This document shows positions 31,089 through 42,941 of a DNA stretch of 64,000 nt, piece by piece. The DNA is from an uncultured Gammaproteobacteria bacterium. Lineage in GTDB: Bacteria; Pseudomonadota; Gammaproteobacteria; UBA9214. A program made the translations under genes and the position numbers. How positions within the stretch are numbered: position 1 is the stretch's first letter; each line of letters starts with the position of its first letter. The DNA lies in the NCBI GenBank assembly GCA_963748215.1, contig CAVVHS010000006.1, forward strand, positions 384,001 through 448,000. The letters run 5' to 3'. The notes beneath the pieces are model-generated. The model was not told the DNA's origin. It made no database searches and saw only the letters and a program-made list of their open reading frames with translations.

Positions 31089-32053
31089 AATATTCACGCA
31101 TTACCGGCACCGGCAGTTACCTGCCGGAGAAGACCCTGACCAACCATGACCTGGAAAAGATCATGGACACCTCGGACAGCTGGATACGCGAGCGCACCGG
31201 CATTTACAAGCGCCACATCGCGGCCGGTGACGAGACCACCTGCGACCTGGCCGAGATCGCTGCCACGCGCGCCATGGAGGCAGCGGGCAAGACGCCGCGC
31301 CAGATCGACCTGATCGTATTCGCCACCACCACGCCCGACCGCGTGTTTCCCAGTACCGCCTGTCTTCTGCAGCAGCGGCTCGATATTCACGGCACCGCGG
31401 CCTTCGACATTCAGGCCGTCTGCACGGGGTTTGTCTATGCGCTGGGCGTGGCGGACAAGTTCATCAAGACCGGTGACGCGAAATGCGCGCTGGTGGTGGG
31501 GGCCGAGACACTGTCGCGCATCGTCAACTGGAATGATCGCGGCACCGCCATCCTGTTCGGTGACGGTGCCGGGGCCGTGGTGCTGGAGGCCAGCGATGAA
31601 CCCGGCATCCTGTCGACGCACCTGCACGCCGACGGCAGCTACGAACACCTGCTGACCGTGCCGAGCGGCATCTCCCAGGGCTACGAACACGTGCAGGCCG
31701 GCGAGGCCTACATACAGATGCAGGGCAACGAGGTGTTCAAGATGGCCGTGAACACACTGGGTCGTATCGTCGACGAGACGTTGGCGGCCAATAATATGGA
31801 AAAGTCCGATGTCGACTGGCTGATCCCGCACCAGGCCAACATCCGCATCATCCAGGCGACGGCCAAGAAACTGAAGATGTCGATGGACCGCGTGGTGGTC
31901 ACGGTCGACGAGCATGGCAACACCTCCGCGGCCTCGGTACCACTGGCCCTGGATACCGCCATCCGCGACGGTCGAATCAAGCGTGGCGAGGTGCTCCTGA
32001 TGGAGGCATTCGGTGGCGGCTTCACTTGGGGTTCGGCACTGGTCAGGTACTGA
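31085..32053 (+). CDS. fabH: Beta-ketoacyl-ACP synthase III
   Basis: [37 protein letters not shown]. Confidence 0.96.
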   Translation: MKYSRITGTGSYLPEKTLTNHDLEKIMDTSDSWIRERTGIYKRHIAAGDETTCDLAEIAATRAMEAAGKTPRQIDLIVFATTTPDRVFPSTACLLQQRLDIHGTAAFDIQAVCTGFVYALGVADKFIKTGDAKCALVVGAETLSRIVNWNDRGTAILFGDGAGAVVLEASDEPGILSTHLHADGSYEHLLTVPSGISQGYEHVQAGEAYIQMQGNEVFKMAVNTLGRIVDETLAANNMEKSDVDWLIPHQANIRIIQATAKKLKMSMDRVVVTVDEHGNTSAASVPLALDTAIRDGRIKRGEVLLMEAFGGGFTWGSALVRY

Positions 32054-32254
32054 CGATCATCGCCCGACTGCGGCCGCACAGGCCCCGGGTGACAGGTCTT
32101 CATGAACATTTATCCGTTTTGCGATAAATTGCGGCCGGACGGTTTGTGCCCGAAACAGCTACGGCCGCCTTGTTCCGCAACCGGGATGAATGATTTTACA
32201 GGGTTTCGCTACCGGTCAAGCAGAGCCAGGTGGCGAGAATGACAGGTTGGTTCT

Positions 32255-33208
32255 ATGAACAGTTCAGCAACAGACTCGACACTCGCCATGGTGTTTCCCG
32301 GGCAGGGCTCGCAATCCGTCGGCATGCTGGGGGAACTGGCAGGGGAGTATCCTCAGGTCAGTGAAACATTCGAAGCAGCCAGTGACGTGCTCGGCTACGA
32401 CCTCTGGGCGCTGGTGCAGCACGGGCCGGAAGAGCAGCTCAACCAGACCGACCGTACGCAACCGGCGATGCTGGCGGCAGGTGCGGCCGTGTGGCGGGTG
32501 TGGCAGGTGCGTGGCGGCGCGTTACCCGCCGTCATGGCCGGTCACAGTCTCGGGGAATACACCGCGCTGGTCTGTGCCGATGCCATGGAATTCAGCGCCG
32601 CCATTGCGCTGGTGGCCGAGCGCGGCCGCTGCATGCAACATGCAGTACCATCCGGTGTCGGCGCCATGGCAGCGATTCTTGGCCTGGATGATGACGCCGT
32701 TGCGGCGGTCTGTGCCGATGCCGCGGCCGGCGAGATCGTCAACCCGGTCAACTTCAACTCGCCGGGGCAGGTGGTGATCGCCGGTCATGCCGGGGCGGTG
32801 GAACGTGCAGTGGCAGCGGCCAGGGCGGCCGGTGCCAAACGTGCGGTGACCCTGCCGGTCAGCGTGCCATCGCACTGCGCCCTGATGCAGCCGGCAGCCG
32901 AACTGTTCGCGGCACACCTGGCCGAGGCGAACATCAGCCCGCCGGCCATTCCCGTGATCCAGAATGTCGATGCCCGGCCGCACAGTGATCCGGCCGCCAT
33001 CCGCGAGAATCTCAAGCGCCAGCTATACAGCCCGGTGCAATGGGTAAGAACAGTTCTGGCCATGCGCGCGCAGGGTGTCACACGCATCGTCGAGGCCGGT
33101 CCCGGCAAGGTGCTGGCGGGACTTAACAAGCGCATCGACAAGACCATCAACAACGCGACTGTGCCGGATCCGGCTTCGCTGGAAGCGGCACTGGCAGGTA
33201 ATGAATAG
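32255..33208 (+). CDS. fabD: Malonyl-CoA:ACP transacylase
   Basis: FPGQGSQ, GHSLGEY, VSVPSH, SPVQW, GPGKVL. Confidence 0.96.
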   Translation: MNSSATDSTLAMVFPGQGSQSVGMLGELAGEYPQVSETFEAASDVLGYDLWALVQHGPEEQLNQTDRTQPAMLAAGAAVWRVWQVRGGALPAVMAGHSLGEYTALVCADAMEFSAAIALVAERGRCMQHAVPSGVGAMAAILGLDDDAVAAVCADAAAGEIVNPVNFNSPGQVVIAGHAGAVERAVAAARAAGAKRAVTLPVSVPSHCALMQPAAELFAAHLAEANISPPAIPVIQNVDARPHSDPAAIRENLKRQLYSPVQWVRTVLAMRAQGVTRIVEAGPGKVLAGLNKRIDKTINNATVPDPASLEAALAGNE

Positions 33209-33229
33209 CAACCAGGGGTGGAGAGAAGC

Positions 33230-33973
33230 ATGTCGTTCGAAAAACAGATCGCGCTCGTGACCGGGGCCAGCCGAGGTATCGGCAAGGCCATTGCGGAAGT
33301 GCTGGGCAGACGCGGCGCGACCGTGATCGGCACCGCGACTTCGGAGCGTGGCGCGCAGGCCATCAGCGAGGCGCTGTCCAGCGCGGGTATCAAGGGTGAA
33401 GGCAAGGTGCTGGACGTGACCGATCAGGATTCCATCGCGGCGCTGGTGAAGGACGTGACGGAGAAATACGGCTCGCCGGGCATTCTGGTGAACAACGCCG
33501 GCATCACACGTGACAACCTGCTGATGCGCATGAAGGACGAGGAATGGGACGATGTCATCGAAACCAATCTGACCGCAGCGTTCCGCATGTGCCGTGCCTG
33601 CCTCAAGGGCATGATGAAGGCGCGTTTCGGCCGCATTATCATGATCTCCTCAGTGATCGGTGCTACCGGCAATCCCGGCCAGGCCAACTACGCCGCGACC
33701 AAGGCCGGCGTGATCGGTTTTGCCAAGTCGCTGGCACGCGAGATCGGCTCGCGCGGTATCACCGTCAATGCCGTTGCGCCGGGCTTCATCGATACCGACA
33801 TGACGCGCGCGCTGCCCGACGAGCAGCGTGCAGCGCTGCTGGACCAGATTGCGCTGGGCCGGCTCGGTGATGTGTCGGATATTGCCAATACCGTGGCTTT
33901 CCTGGCATCCAGTGACGCCGGCTATATCACCGGCGAGACCATCCACGTGAATGGCGGCATGTACATGCACTAG
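33230..33973 (+). CDS. fabG: 3-oxoacyl-ACP reductase
   Basis: TGASRGIG, NNAGITRD, YAATK, PGFIDTDMT, NGGMYM. Confidence 0.96.
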   Translation: MSFEKQIALVTGASRGIGKAIAEVLGRRGATVIGTATSERGAQAISEALSSAGIKGEGKVLDVTDQDSIAALVKDVTEKYGSPGILVNNAGITRDNLLMRMKDEEWDDVIETNLTAAFRMCRACLKGMMKARFGRIIMISSVIGATGNPGQANYAATKAGVIGFAKSLAREIGSRGITVNAVAPGFIDTDMTRALPDEQRAALLDQIALGRLGDVSDIANTVAFLASSDAGYITGETIHVNGGMYMH

Positions 33974-34222
33974 GGCGGCTCTGATTAATTCGTCAGTGCG
34001 ACGACTGCAGGGATGCACGACTACATGGATGTAGGAGGTAGAGTAACGCATGGAGCAGTTACCGAGGAGGTAGAGTACCAACAGTAGGCGCCTTAGGCGA
34101 CGCATGGAGCAGTTACCGGGGTACAAAGTAACGAAGCAATCTCCAGGTAACTGATTCCATAGTCATGAGATTGCCGCGCTACGCTCGCAATGACGGGAAT
34201 ATTTCAATCAATCAGTGCTTCC
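33974..34222. mobile_element. 249-bp MITE-like element with nested palindromic repeats
   Basis: Terminal inverted repeats GGCGGCTCTGATTAATT (33974-33990) and AATCAATCAGTGCTTCC (34206-34222), 13/17 complementary; flanked by CTAG and CTGG; no transposase. Confidence 0.7.
34002..34119 (+). repeat. 48-bp twin-hairpin unit inserted into a second copy of itself
   Basis: Inner copy 34018-34065; outer copy = 34002-34017 + 34066-34077 + 34100-34119; extra 22-bp insert at 34078-34099. Confidence 0.85.
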
Positions 34223-34365
34223 CTGGGTATTTTGCCTGCGCAATGCAGTGTGATGAATGGCTGTTAAGCGATTGTTAATTATATAAAAATAATTTGCACC
34301 TGGCGCAGACTGTCAAACAGGCGCAGGTGCGTCGTATCATCCGGCATTGCCCCGGGGCTTGTGAC

Positions 34366-34395
34366 TTGTAAGTTGCGTCGGCCATTCACTACAAT
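34366..34395 (+). promoter_or_regulatory. Possible sigma70 promoter of acpP
   Basis: TTGTAA-N18-TACAAT about 50 nt before the ATG; strong RBS GAGGA. Confidence 0.45.
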
Positions 34396-34446
34396 ACCCG
34401 GCGCGGCCCCGGCTGCGCTCCACAAAACAGAGAGGAACAACCTGAA

Positions 34447-34683
34447 ATGAGCACGATTGATGAACGCGTCAAAAAGATTGTCGTTGAGCAGTTGGGCGTA
34501 AAGGAAGAAGAAGTCAACGACAGCTCTTCATTCGTCGATGACCTTGGCGCAGATTCTCTGGATACCGTCGAGCTGGTTATGGCGCTGGAAGAGGAATTCG
34601 AGTGCGAGATTCCTGACGAGGAAGCCGAAAAGATCACTACCGTCCAGCAGGCGATTGACTACGTTAACGCTCACCAGGGCTAA
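34447..34683 (+). CDS. acpP: Acyl carrier protein
   Basis: [20 protein letters not shown]. Confidence 0.98.
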   Translation: MSTIDERVKKIVVEQLGVKEEEVNDSSSFVDDLGADSLDTVELVMALEEEFECEIPDEEAEKITTVQQAIDYVNAHQG

Positions 34684-34702
34684 GCCGTTACATGGACATA
34701 CC

Positions 34703-34741
34703 GGCCGCACCGTCATGACGGGTGCGGCCTTTTGCTTTTTT
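34703..34741 (+). terminator. Intrinsic terminator/attenuator after acpP
   Basis: GGCCGCACC...GGTGCGGCC stem followed by TTTTGCTTTTTT. Confidence 0.8.
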
Positions 34742-34776
34742 ATGTGGAGTCAAACAGGCGATAGTGGAGTCGTACA

Positions 34777-36021
34777 TTGTCCAAGAGACGTGTGGTAGTA
34801 ACCGGCCTGGGTATCATCTCTCCTGTGGGTAACAGCGTCGGGGACGCCTGGGACAATATCCGCACCGGCAAAAGCGGTATCGGTCCCATTGCCAACTTCG
34901 ACGCTTCGGATTTTACGGTACGCTTTGCCGGCGAAATACGTGACTTCGATGCCACGCAATACATCAATGGCAAGGACGCGCGCCGCATGGGTGCGTTCAT
35001 TCATTACGGTATCGCGGCTTCCTGCCAGGCGATCGATGACTCGGGTATCGAGATCACACCGGAGAACGCCGCGCGTGCAGGCGTCGCAATCGGTTCCGGC
35101 ATAGGCGGTCTGCACGGTATCGAGGTTGCCTACCAGAACTACCTCGATGGCGGTCCGCGCAAGATCTCGCCGTTCTTCGTGCCCGGTAATATCATCAACA
35201 TGATCGCCGGCAACCTGTCGATCATGTATGGCATGAAGGGGCCGAACATCGCCATCGTCACGGCATGTACCACGTCTACGCACAACATCGGTGTCGCCGC
35301 GCGTACCATCGCCTATGGCGATGCCGACATCATGGTTGCCGGCGGAGCGGAGATGACCACGTGTCCGACCGGTATCGGCGGATTTGCCGCCGCGCGTGCG
35401 CTCTCGACCCGCAACGACGATCCGCAGGCGGCCAGCCGGCCCTGGGACAGGGATCGCGATGGCTTCGTGCTCAGTGACGGTGCCGGCATACTCGTGCTCG
35501 AGGAATATGAACTCGCACGCAGGCGCGGCGCCGACATCTATTGCGAAATCGTCGGCTTCGGCATGAGCGGCGACGCCTTCCATATGACCCAGCCCTCGGA
35601 AGGCGGCGAGGGGCCGGCGCAGTGCATGGATGCCGCGTTGCGCGATGCCGGCATCAATCACGATGCCGTCGACTACATCAACGCACACGGCACGTCGACA
35701 CCAGCCGGCGATGTGGCGGAGACACTCGCCATCAAGCGCTCCTTCGGCGAGCAGGCCGGGAAGGTTGCCATCAGTTCCACCAAGTCGATGACCGGTCATC
35801 TGCTCGGCGCGGCAGGTGGCGTCGAGGCGGTGTTCACCATCATGGCGCTGCGCGACCAGCTTGCACCACCGACGATCAATCTCGATAATCCGGACCCCGC
35901 CTGTGACCTGGACTACGTGCCCAATACGGCGCGTGATATGAAGATCGATATTGCCCTGTCGAATTCATTCGGCTTTGGCGGCACCAACGGTACGCTGGTG
36001 TTCCGTCGGCTGGAGCATTGA
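34777..36021 (+). CDS. fabF: Beta-ketoacyl-ACP synthase II
   Basis: TTG start; [39 protein letters not shown]. Confidence 0.96.
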   Translation: MSKRRVVVTGLGIISPVGNSVGDAWDNIRTGKSGIGPIANFDASDFTVRFAGEIRDFDATQYINGKDARRMGAFIHYGIAASCQAIDDSGIEITPENAARAGVAIGSGIGGLHGIEVAYQNYLDGGPRKISPFFVPGNIINMIAGNLSIMYGMKGPNIAIVTACTTSTHNIGVAARTIAYGDADIMVAGGAEMTTCPTGIGGFAAARALSTRNDDPQAASRPWDRDRDGFVLSDGAGILVLEEYELARRRGADIYCEIVGFGMSGDAFHMTQPSEGGEGPAQCMDAALRDAGINHDAVDYINAHGTSTPAGDVAETLAIKRSFGEQAGKVAISSTKSMTGHLLGAAGGVEAVFTIMALRDQLAPPTINLDNPDPACDLDYVPNTARDMKIDIALSNSFGFGGTNGTLVFRRLEH

Positions 36022-36149
36022 CGCCGGCATGGAATGAAACATCCGCCGGAGCGCCTGGCCTGTGCCGGGTTCTCCGGCATGGCAAGCCCTGCCTGCTTGG
36101 CGCTCGCGCATACTTTTCCAACTGCTGATCACCGGAGCGGTATGCGCCC

Positions 36150-37505
36150 ATGGCTGCAATCATCAGAGAGGCCGGCCGGTCGGTAAACCTCCTCGCGCTG
36201 CACCAGTCCAACCCGGCGCGCTATCCCCACCTGCTGCAGAGCGCAACTCCCGGGCGCTATGACATCCTGTTCGCCTGCCCTGGCGACAGCCTGGTGCTTG
36301 ATGCCGCGGGACGGCTGCTGGGCCCGCCTGTCGGGGCGGATACTGCCGGCTTTCTCGACCGGCTGGATTGCTGGTGGCAGCATGAACAGGACCGCTACGA
36401 TGGCGGCGGGCTGCCGTTCAGCGGCGGCTGGTTTGTCTATCTCGGCTACGAACTGGCAAGTCAGATCGAACCGCGGCTGCGCCTGCCTGCACCGGCGGCC
36501 ACATTGCCGGTAGCCTTTGCCACGCGCATTCCCGGCGCCCTGATTTACGACCATGCCGCGGAACGTACGCTGATCGTCTCCGAGCCTGGCCGGCAGGATG
36601 TGATAGATACCATTGCCAGCGATATCGCGCATCTGCCCCATACGGCGTCGGTCGCCATGCGCGATGTTGCTATCGAGCGCATGGACGAGGATGACCCGCA
36701 ATGCTTTCTCGATGCCGTGGCACGTATCCACGACTACATCGTCGAGGGTGACGTATTCCAGGTCAACCTGTCGCGCGCCTGGCGCATCGCGCTGCGGCAA
36801 GCTGCCGTGCCCGATGTCCTGTTCAATAACCTGCACATCCAGAATCCGTCACCGTACAGCGGTCTGGCGTGCTGGGGCGATACTGCCATTATCAGTTCCT
36901 CGCCGGAGCGGCTGGTGTCAGTGCGTGACGGCGTCGTGGAGACCCGGCCGATCGCCGGCACCCGGCCGCGCGGCAAGGGCGGTGCGGAGGACGCGGCCCG
37001 TTCCGGGGAGCTGCTCGCGCATCCCAAGGAACGCGCCGAGCACATCATGCTGATCGACCTCGAGCGCAACGATCTGGGCCGGATCTGCGTGCCCGGCAGT
37101 ATCGAGGTCAATGAACTCATGGTGCTGGAGTCCTACGCACATGTGCATCACATCGTCTCCAATGTGCGCGGCCGCCTGCGCAGTGACATACTGCCCGGGC
37201 AGGTGCTGCGTGCGGTGTTCCCGGGCGGCACCATTACCGGCTGCCCCAAGGTGCGTTGCATGGAGATCATCGCGGAACTCGAGCAACGGCCGCGCGGGGC
37301 CTATACCGGCTCGATGGGCTACCTCAATCGCGATGGCAGCATGGACATGAACATCCTGATCCGCACCATGGTCAGTCACGGCCGGCAGCTGGAACTGCGT
37401 GCGGGCGCCGGTATCGTGGCGGATTCCATCGCCGCTGCAGAGCTGGAAGAGACTCGCGACAAGGCGCGGGGTCTGCTACATGCACTGGGGCTGACCGACG
37501 CATGA
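36150..37505 (+). CDS. pabB: Aminodeoxychorismate synthase component I (chorismate-binding enzyme)
   Basis: GDVFQVNLS, SSSPERL, RPIAGT, KERAEHIMLIDLERNDLG, FPGGTITGCPK; next to pabC. Confidence 0.85.
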   Translation: MAAIIREAGRSVNLLALHQSNPARYPHLLQSATPGRYDILFACPGDSLVLDAAGRLLGPPVGADTAGFLDRLDCWWQHEQDRYDGGGLPFSGGWFVYLGYELASQIEPRLRLPAPAATLPVAFATRIPGALIYDHAAERTLIVSEPGRQDVIDTIASDIAHLPHTASVAMRDVAIERMDEDDPQCFLDAVARIHDYIVEGDVFQVNLSRAWRIALRQAAVPDVLFNNLHIQNPSPYSGLACWGDTAIISSSPERLVSVRDGVVETRPIAGTRPRGKGGAEDAARSGELLAHPKERAEHIMLIDLERNDLGRICVPGSIEVNELMVLESYAHVHHIVSNVRGRLRSDILPGQVLRAVFPGGTITGCPKVRCMEIIAELEQRPRGAYTGSMGYLNRDGSMDMNILIRTMVSHGRQLELRAGAGIVADSIAAAELEETRDKARGLLHALGLTDA

Positions 37506-38331
37506 ACACCGTGGTGACCCTGGTCAACGGCCGGGACGGCGACTGCCTGTCCACGCAGGACCGCGGGCTGTTGTATGGTGACGGCCTGTTCGAGACAATG
37601 GCCGTTCACGACGGATTGCCGGTGCACTGGACGCGTCACCTGGCGCGTCTGCGGGACGGTTGTGCAAGGCTGGGTATTCCACAACCCGATGCGGGCGTGC
37701 TTGAAACCGAGGCTGCCAGCCTGTGCCGGGGCGCGGAGCATGCGGTGCTCAAGCTCGTTGTCACGCGCGGCAGCGGCGGGCGCGGCTACCGCCCGGATCC
37801 CGCTACCGTGCCGACGCGGATACTGCAGTTGCATCCGTATCCGTCCTGGCCGGATGAATATGCGCGGGACGGTGTACACGTCCGCATTTGCAGGATGCAA
37901 CTGGGCTGCAATCCGCAACTGGCCGGTATCAAGCACCTGAACCGGCTGGAGCAGGTGCTGGCGCGTGCCGAATGGGATGATCCCGCCATCGGTGAGGGGC
38001 TGGTGCAGGATGCGCGCGGTTACCTGATCGAGGGCACCATGAGCAATGTCTTCCTGGCCCGGGACGGCGTGCTGTTGACGCCTGACCTGACGCGCTGCGG
38101 CGTGGACGGTATCACGCGCGCGCTGATCCTGGAGCTCGCTGCGCGGGCGGGTATCGCGACCGGCGTGCGCGACATTGCCATGGATGAACTGCACAGTGCG
38201 GACGAGATCCTGCTGTGCAACAGCCTGATCGGTGTCTGGCCGGTGACGCGTATCGCGGACCGGCGCTACCCGGCTGGTAAAATAACACGACTGTTGCAGA
38301 CATTCCTGCGTGAACACGTGGACAGCGGACT

Positions 38332-38335
<4 letters not shown>
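37502..38335 (+). CDS. pabC: Aminodeoxychorismate lyase
   Basis: DRGLLYGDGLFET, RGSGGRGY, KHLNRLEQVL, EGTMSNVF. Confidence 0.93.
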
Positions 38336-40007
<1,672 letters not shown>

Positions 40008-40159
40008 CGCGCGTCTGGCAATCAGGCGCTAGCCCGTCTCCCTGATTGTTTGTAACCCGCAGTTCCCACCCGCGGGTGCGCGCCTGTCCGACATCCGGCA
40101 TAATCGGCGCGATATAGACTGAAATCCGGAATCACCCCGCGCCCGAGGCAGCCGCTGAC

Positions 40160-41134
40160 ATGTCCGCACCTTATCCTTGGCTGGAACCCTGCCGGCAGAT
40201 GTTTGCCGAGCTGATCGCGCGTGACCGGATGCCGCACGCGCTGTTGGTCACCGGTCAGCCGGGCATGGGGAAGGCGGCGTTTGCCCGACTGCTGGCACAA
40301 ATGCTGCTCTGCGAAGCGCGAGTCGACGCGGCACCGCCCTGCGGTCAATGCCCGGGCTGCATCCAGTTTCAGGCCGGCTCGCACCCGGATTTCTTCACCG
40401 TTTCCCCGCAAGAGGATTCACAGGTCATCAAGGTGGACCAGGTGCGTGAACTGGGCGAAAAGCTTGCCCTGTCCAGTTATCGCGCCGGTTTCAAGACCGC
40501 GGTCATGATTCCGGCCGAGGCCATGAATATCAATGCCGCCAACAGCTTGCTAAAGACGCTGGAGGAACCATCCGATAACACGGTACTGGTCCTGGTCAGC
40601 GCACGACCGGCCCGGCTGCCGGCCACCATTCGCAGCCGATGCCGGCAGCTGCGCATTCCGGCACCGGATCCGGCAGTTGCACAGGCCTGGCTGGCCAGGC
40701 AGCTGGACGGACAGGATCCGGAACGTTACCTGCAGCTGGCCGACGGTGCGCCGCTCGAGGCACTCAGGCTGGCAGAGGCGCAGGTCATCGAGGCCCGACA
40801 CAGGCAGTTCCAGGCACTGGCGGGCGTGCTTGAAGGCAAGGTGGACCCGTTGGCAGTCGCGGCGGACTGGTGCAAGGACGAGGGTCTGCAGGCGGTACAC
40901 TGGCTGCGTGACTGGCTGATGGACATGATTCGGGTCCGTGCGACCGGTCAGGCCGGCGTGGCGCGCAGTGTCGACCTTGCTGAAGGTCTTGCCAGTCTTG
41001 CCACCAGGCTCGACAGCCGGGTATTGTTCCGGCAACTGGATAACATCAACAGGCTGTTGCGCAGCAACGACGGTAGCCTGAACCGCCAGCTCATGGCCGA
41101 GGATATATTGCTCGCCTGGGCGGCACGGCAGTAA
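40160..41134 (+). CDS. holB: DNA polymerase III subunit delta'
   Basis: YPWL, CGQCPGC, HPD, AANSLLKTLEEP, TIRSRC. Confidence 0.95.
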   Translation: MSAPYPWLEPCRQMFAELIARDRMPHALLVTGQPGMGKAAFARLLAQMLLCEARVDAAPPCGQCPGCIQFQAGSHPDFFTVSPQEDSQVIKVDQVRELGEKLALSSYRAGFKTAVMIPAEAMNINAANSLLKTLEEPSDNTVLVLVSARPARLPATIRSRCRQLRIPAPDPAVAQAWLARQLDGQDPERYLQLADGAPLEALRLAEAQVIEARHRQFQALAGVLEGKVDPLAVAADWCKDEGLQAVHWLRDWLMDMIRVRATGQAGVARSVDLAEGLASLATRLDSRVLFRQLDNINRLLRSNDGSLNRQLMAEDILLAWAARQ

Positions 41135-41147
41135 CCACAGGGGACAG

Positions 41148-41504
41148 ATGATGAACACCGGAACCTCCGCGCGTCAGGGCATTCTCTCGCTCACCATCAA
41201 GGACAAGAGCGCGCTGTATGCGGCCTATATGCCGTTCATCAAGGGTGGCGGGCTGTTCATTCCCACCAAGAAAGAATACAAGCTGGGTGAAGAGGTGTTC
41301 ATGCTGCTTACGCTGATGGACGAGACCGAGAAGCTGCCTGTTGCCGGCAAGATTGTCTGGATCACCCCGGTCGGTGCGCAGGGCAACCGTGCCGCCGGTA
41401 TCGGCGTGCAGTTCAGCAACCAGGACGAAGGACACGCCCGCAACAAGATCGAGGGCTTTCTGGCCGGTGCACTCGACAGCGACCGCCCGACCCATACCAT
41501 GTAA
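41148..41504 (+). CDS. pilZ: Type IV pilus assembly protein PilZ
   Basis: ILSLTIKDKSALYAAYMPFIKGGGLFIPT...RPTHTM; follows holB. Confidence 0.93.
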   Translation: MMNTGTSARQGILSLTIKDKSALYAAYMPFIKGGGLFIPTKKEYKLGEEVFMLLTLMDETEKLPVAGKIVWITPVGAQGNRAAGIGVQFSNQDEGHARNKIEGFLAGALDSDRPTHTM

Positions 41505-41598
41505 AGGCCGGCTGTATCGCAAACCGCTGCGATGCCGGTTTGGCAGTCGTGGCCAAACCCTCTATCATTGCCGCTGATCAGAAACGCGGACCTGATTC

Positions 41599-42384
41599 AT
41601 GCTTGTCGATTCCCATTGCCACCTTGACATGCTCGACCTCGCGCCGTTCGGCGGCAGCGTGGACGGTGTGCTCGAGGCCGCACGCGCCAGCGATGTAGGT
41701 CATTTCCTGTGCGTCGCGGTCAACCTCGAGGATTATCCCGCCATGCTGGGTATTGCCGAGACCCACGACAATGTCACGGCCTCGGTCGGGCTGCATCCCA
41801 ATGAACGCGGCGGCCACGAACCGGATATCGACGAACTTGTGCAGCTGGCGCAGCACCCGAAGGTAGTTGCCATCGGCGAAACCGGTCTCGATTATTTCCG
41901 CAGCGAAGGCGATCTCGACTGGCAGCGCGATCGTTTCCGTCGTCACATCGTCGCGGCGAAACAGGCCGGCAAACCGCTGATCATCCACTCACGCGATGCC
42001 GGTGAGGATACGATTTCCATCCTGGCGGAAGAGCATGCCAGCGATATCGGTGGTGTCATGCACTGCTTTACCGGCGACTGGGCCATGGCGCAGCAGGCTC
42101 TGGAACTCAATTTCCATATTTCGTTTTCCGGTATCGTCACCTTCCGCAATGCCGCCGCCTTGCAGGAAGTCGCGCGCAGGCTGCCGCTGGAGCGCATGCT
42201 GGTGGAAACCGACTGCCCCTACCTGGCACCGGTTCCGCATCGCGGTAAACCCAACCAGCCGGCCTATGTGCGTCACACCGCCGAGTTTATCGCCGGGTTG
42301 CGCGGTGTCAGCTATGACACGATAGCCACTGCCACCACGGCGAATTTCACGGCGCTGTTCAGGCCGCCTATAATGACATTGTAG
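41599..42384 (+). CDS. TatD-family hydrolase (YcfH type)
   Basis: DSHCHL, GLHP, IGETGLDY, HSR, HCFTG, ETDCPYL. Confidence 0.93.
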   Translation: MLVDSHCHLDMLDLAPFGGSVDGVLEAARASDVGHFLCVAVNLEDYPAMLGIAETHDNVTASVGLHPNERGGHEPDIDELVQLAQHPKVVAIGETGLDYFRSEGDLDWQRDRFRRHIVAAKQAGKPLIIHSRDAGEDTISILAEEHASDIGGVMHCFTGDWAMAQQALELNFHISFSGIVTFRNAAALQEVARRLPLERMLVETDCPYLAPVPHRGKPNQPAYVRHTAEFIAGLRGVSYDTIATATTANFTALFRPPIMTL

Positions 42385-42498
42385 GAGCGGACCGCGTCCG
42401 CGATCTTTTGGGACTGAAAAATATCGCGCGATGTACAGGATGTACGAGTGCCGTGCAGCACAGGATGTGCGGGAACGGCCTTGCGAAGCGCTGCTGCA
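42380..42498. repeat. GTAG-type REP doublet (REPIN-like) with a 51-bp insertion in the right arm
   Basis: Left arm TGTAGGAGCGGACCGCGTCCGCGAT (42380-42404); right arm ATCGCG|CTTGCGAAGCGCTGCTGCA interrupted at 42429-42479; lies between convergent genes. Confidence 0.75.
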
Positions 42499-42519
42499 AA
42501 GATCGTATGGGCATCGGCG

Positions 42520-42909
42520 TTAGCGCAGCGGTCTGGGACGGCGCTGCTCGTCAACCGCCACGTAGGTGAGGTCTGCCTCGGTGACCAGGATCACCTCGTG
42601 GGTTTCCTGCTGGCGCTCGGCGAAGGCCTTGACGTTGACGGTGAGCGAGGTGTTGCCGATGCGGGTGATTTCCGCGTAGCAGCTGATCAGGTCGCCGACG
42701 AACACCGGCTGTCTGAATTCGAAGGAGTTGACGGCCACGGTAACGATACGGCCATTGGCGCGACGCCGCGCAATGATGCTGCCGGCGATGTCCACCTGCG
42801 ACATCAGCCAGCCACCGAAGATGTCGCCGGCAGAATTGGTGTCGGCCGGTGTTGCCATGACGCGGATGGCGAGGTGGCGCTCATCGGGAAGGAGGGCACG
42901 GTCGTTCAT
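42520..42909 (-). CDS. Acyl-CoA thioesterase (YciA/hotdog family)
   Basis: PADTNSAGDIFGGWLMSQVDIAG, PVFVGD, IGNTS. Confidence 0.92.
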   Translation of the reverse strand: MNDRALLPDERHLAIRVMATPADTNSAGDIFGGWLMSQVDIAGSIIARRRANGRIVTVAVNSFEFRQPVFVGDLISCYAEITRIGNTSLTVNVKAFAERQQETHEVILVTEADLTYVAVDEQRRPRPLR

Positions 42910-42941
42910 TGCTGTCTGTGCCGGGTTGCCTGCGGCACCCT

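Noticed and set aside
34033-34119. Direct repeats GGAGGTAGAGTA and ACGCATGGAGCAGTTACCG as a possible mini-CRISPR
   Set aside because: Only two copies, nested rather than regularly spaced, and no cas genes
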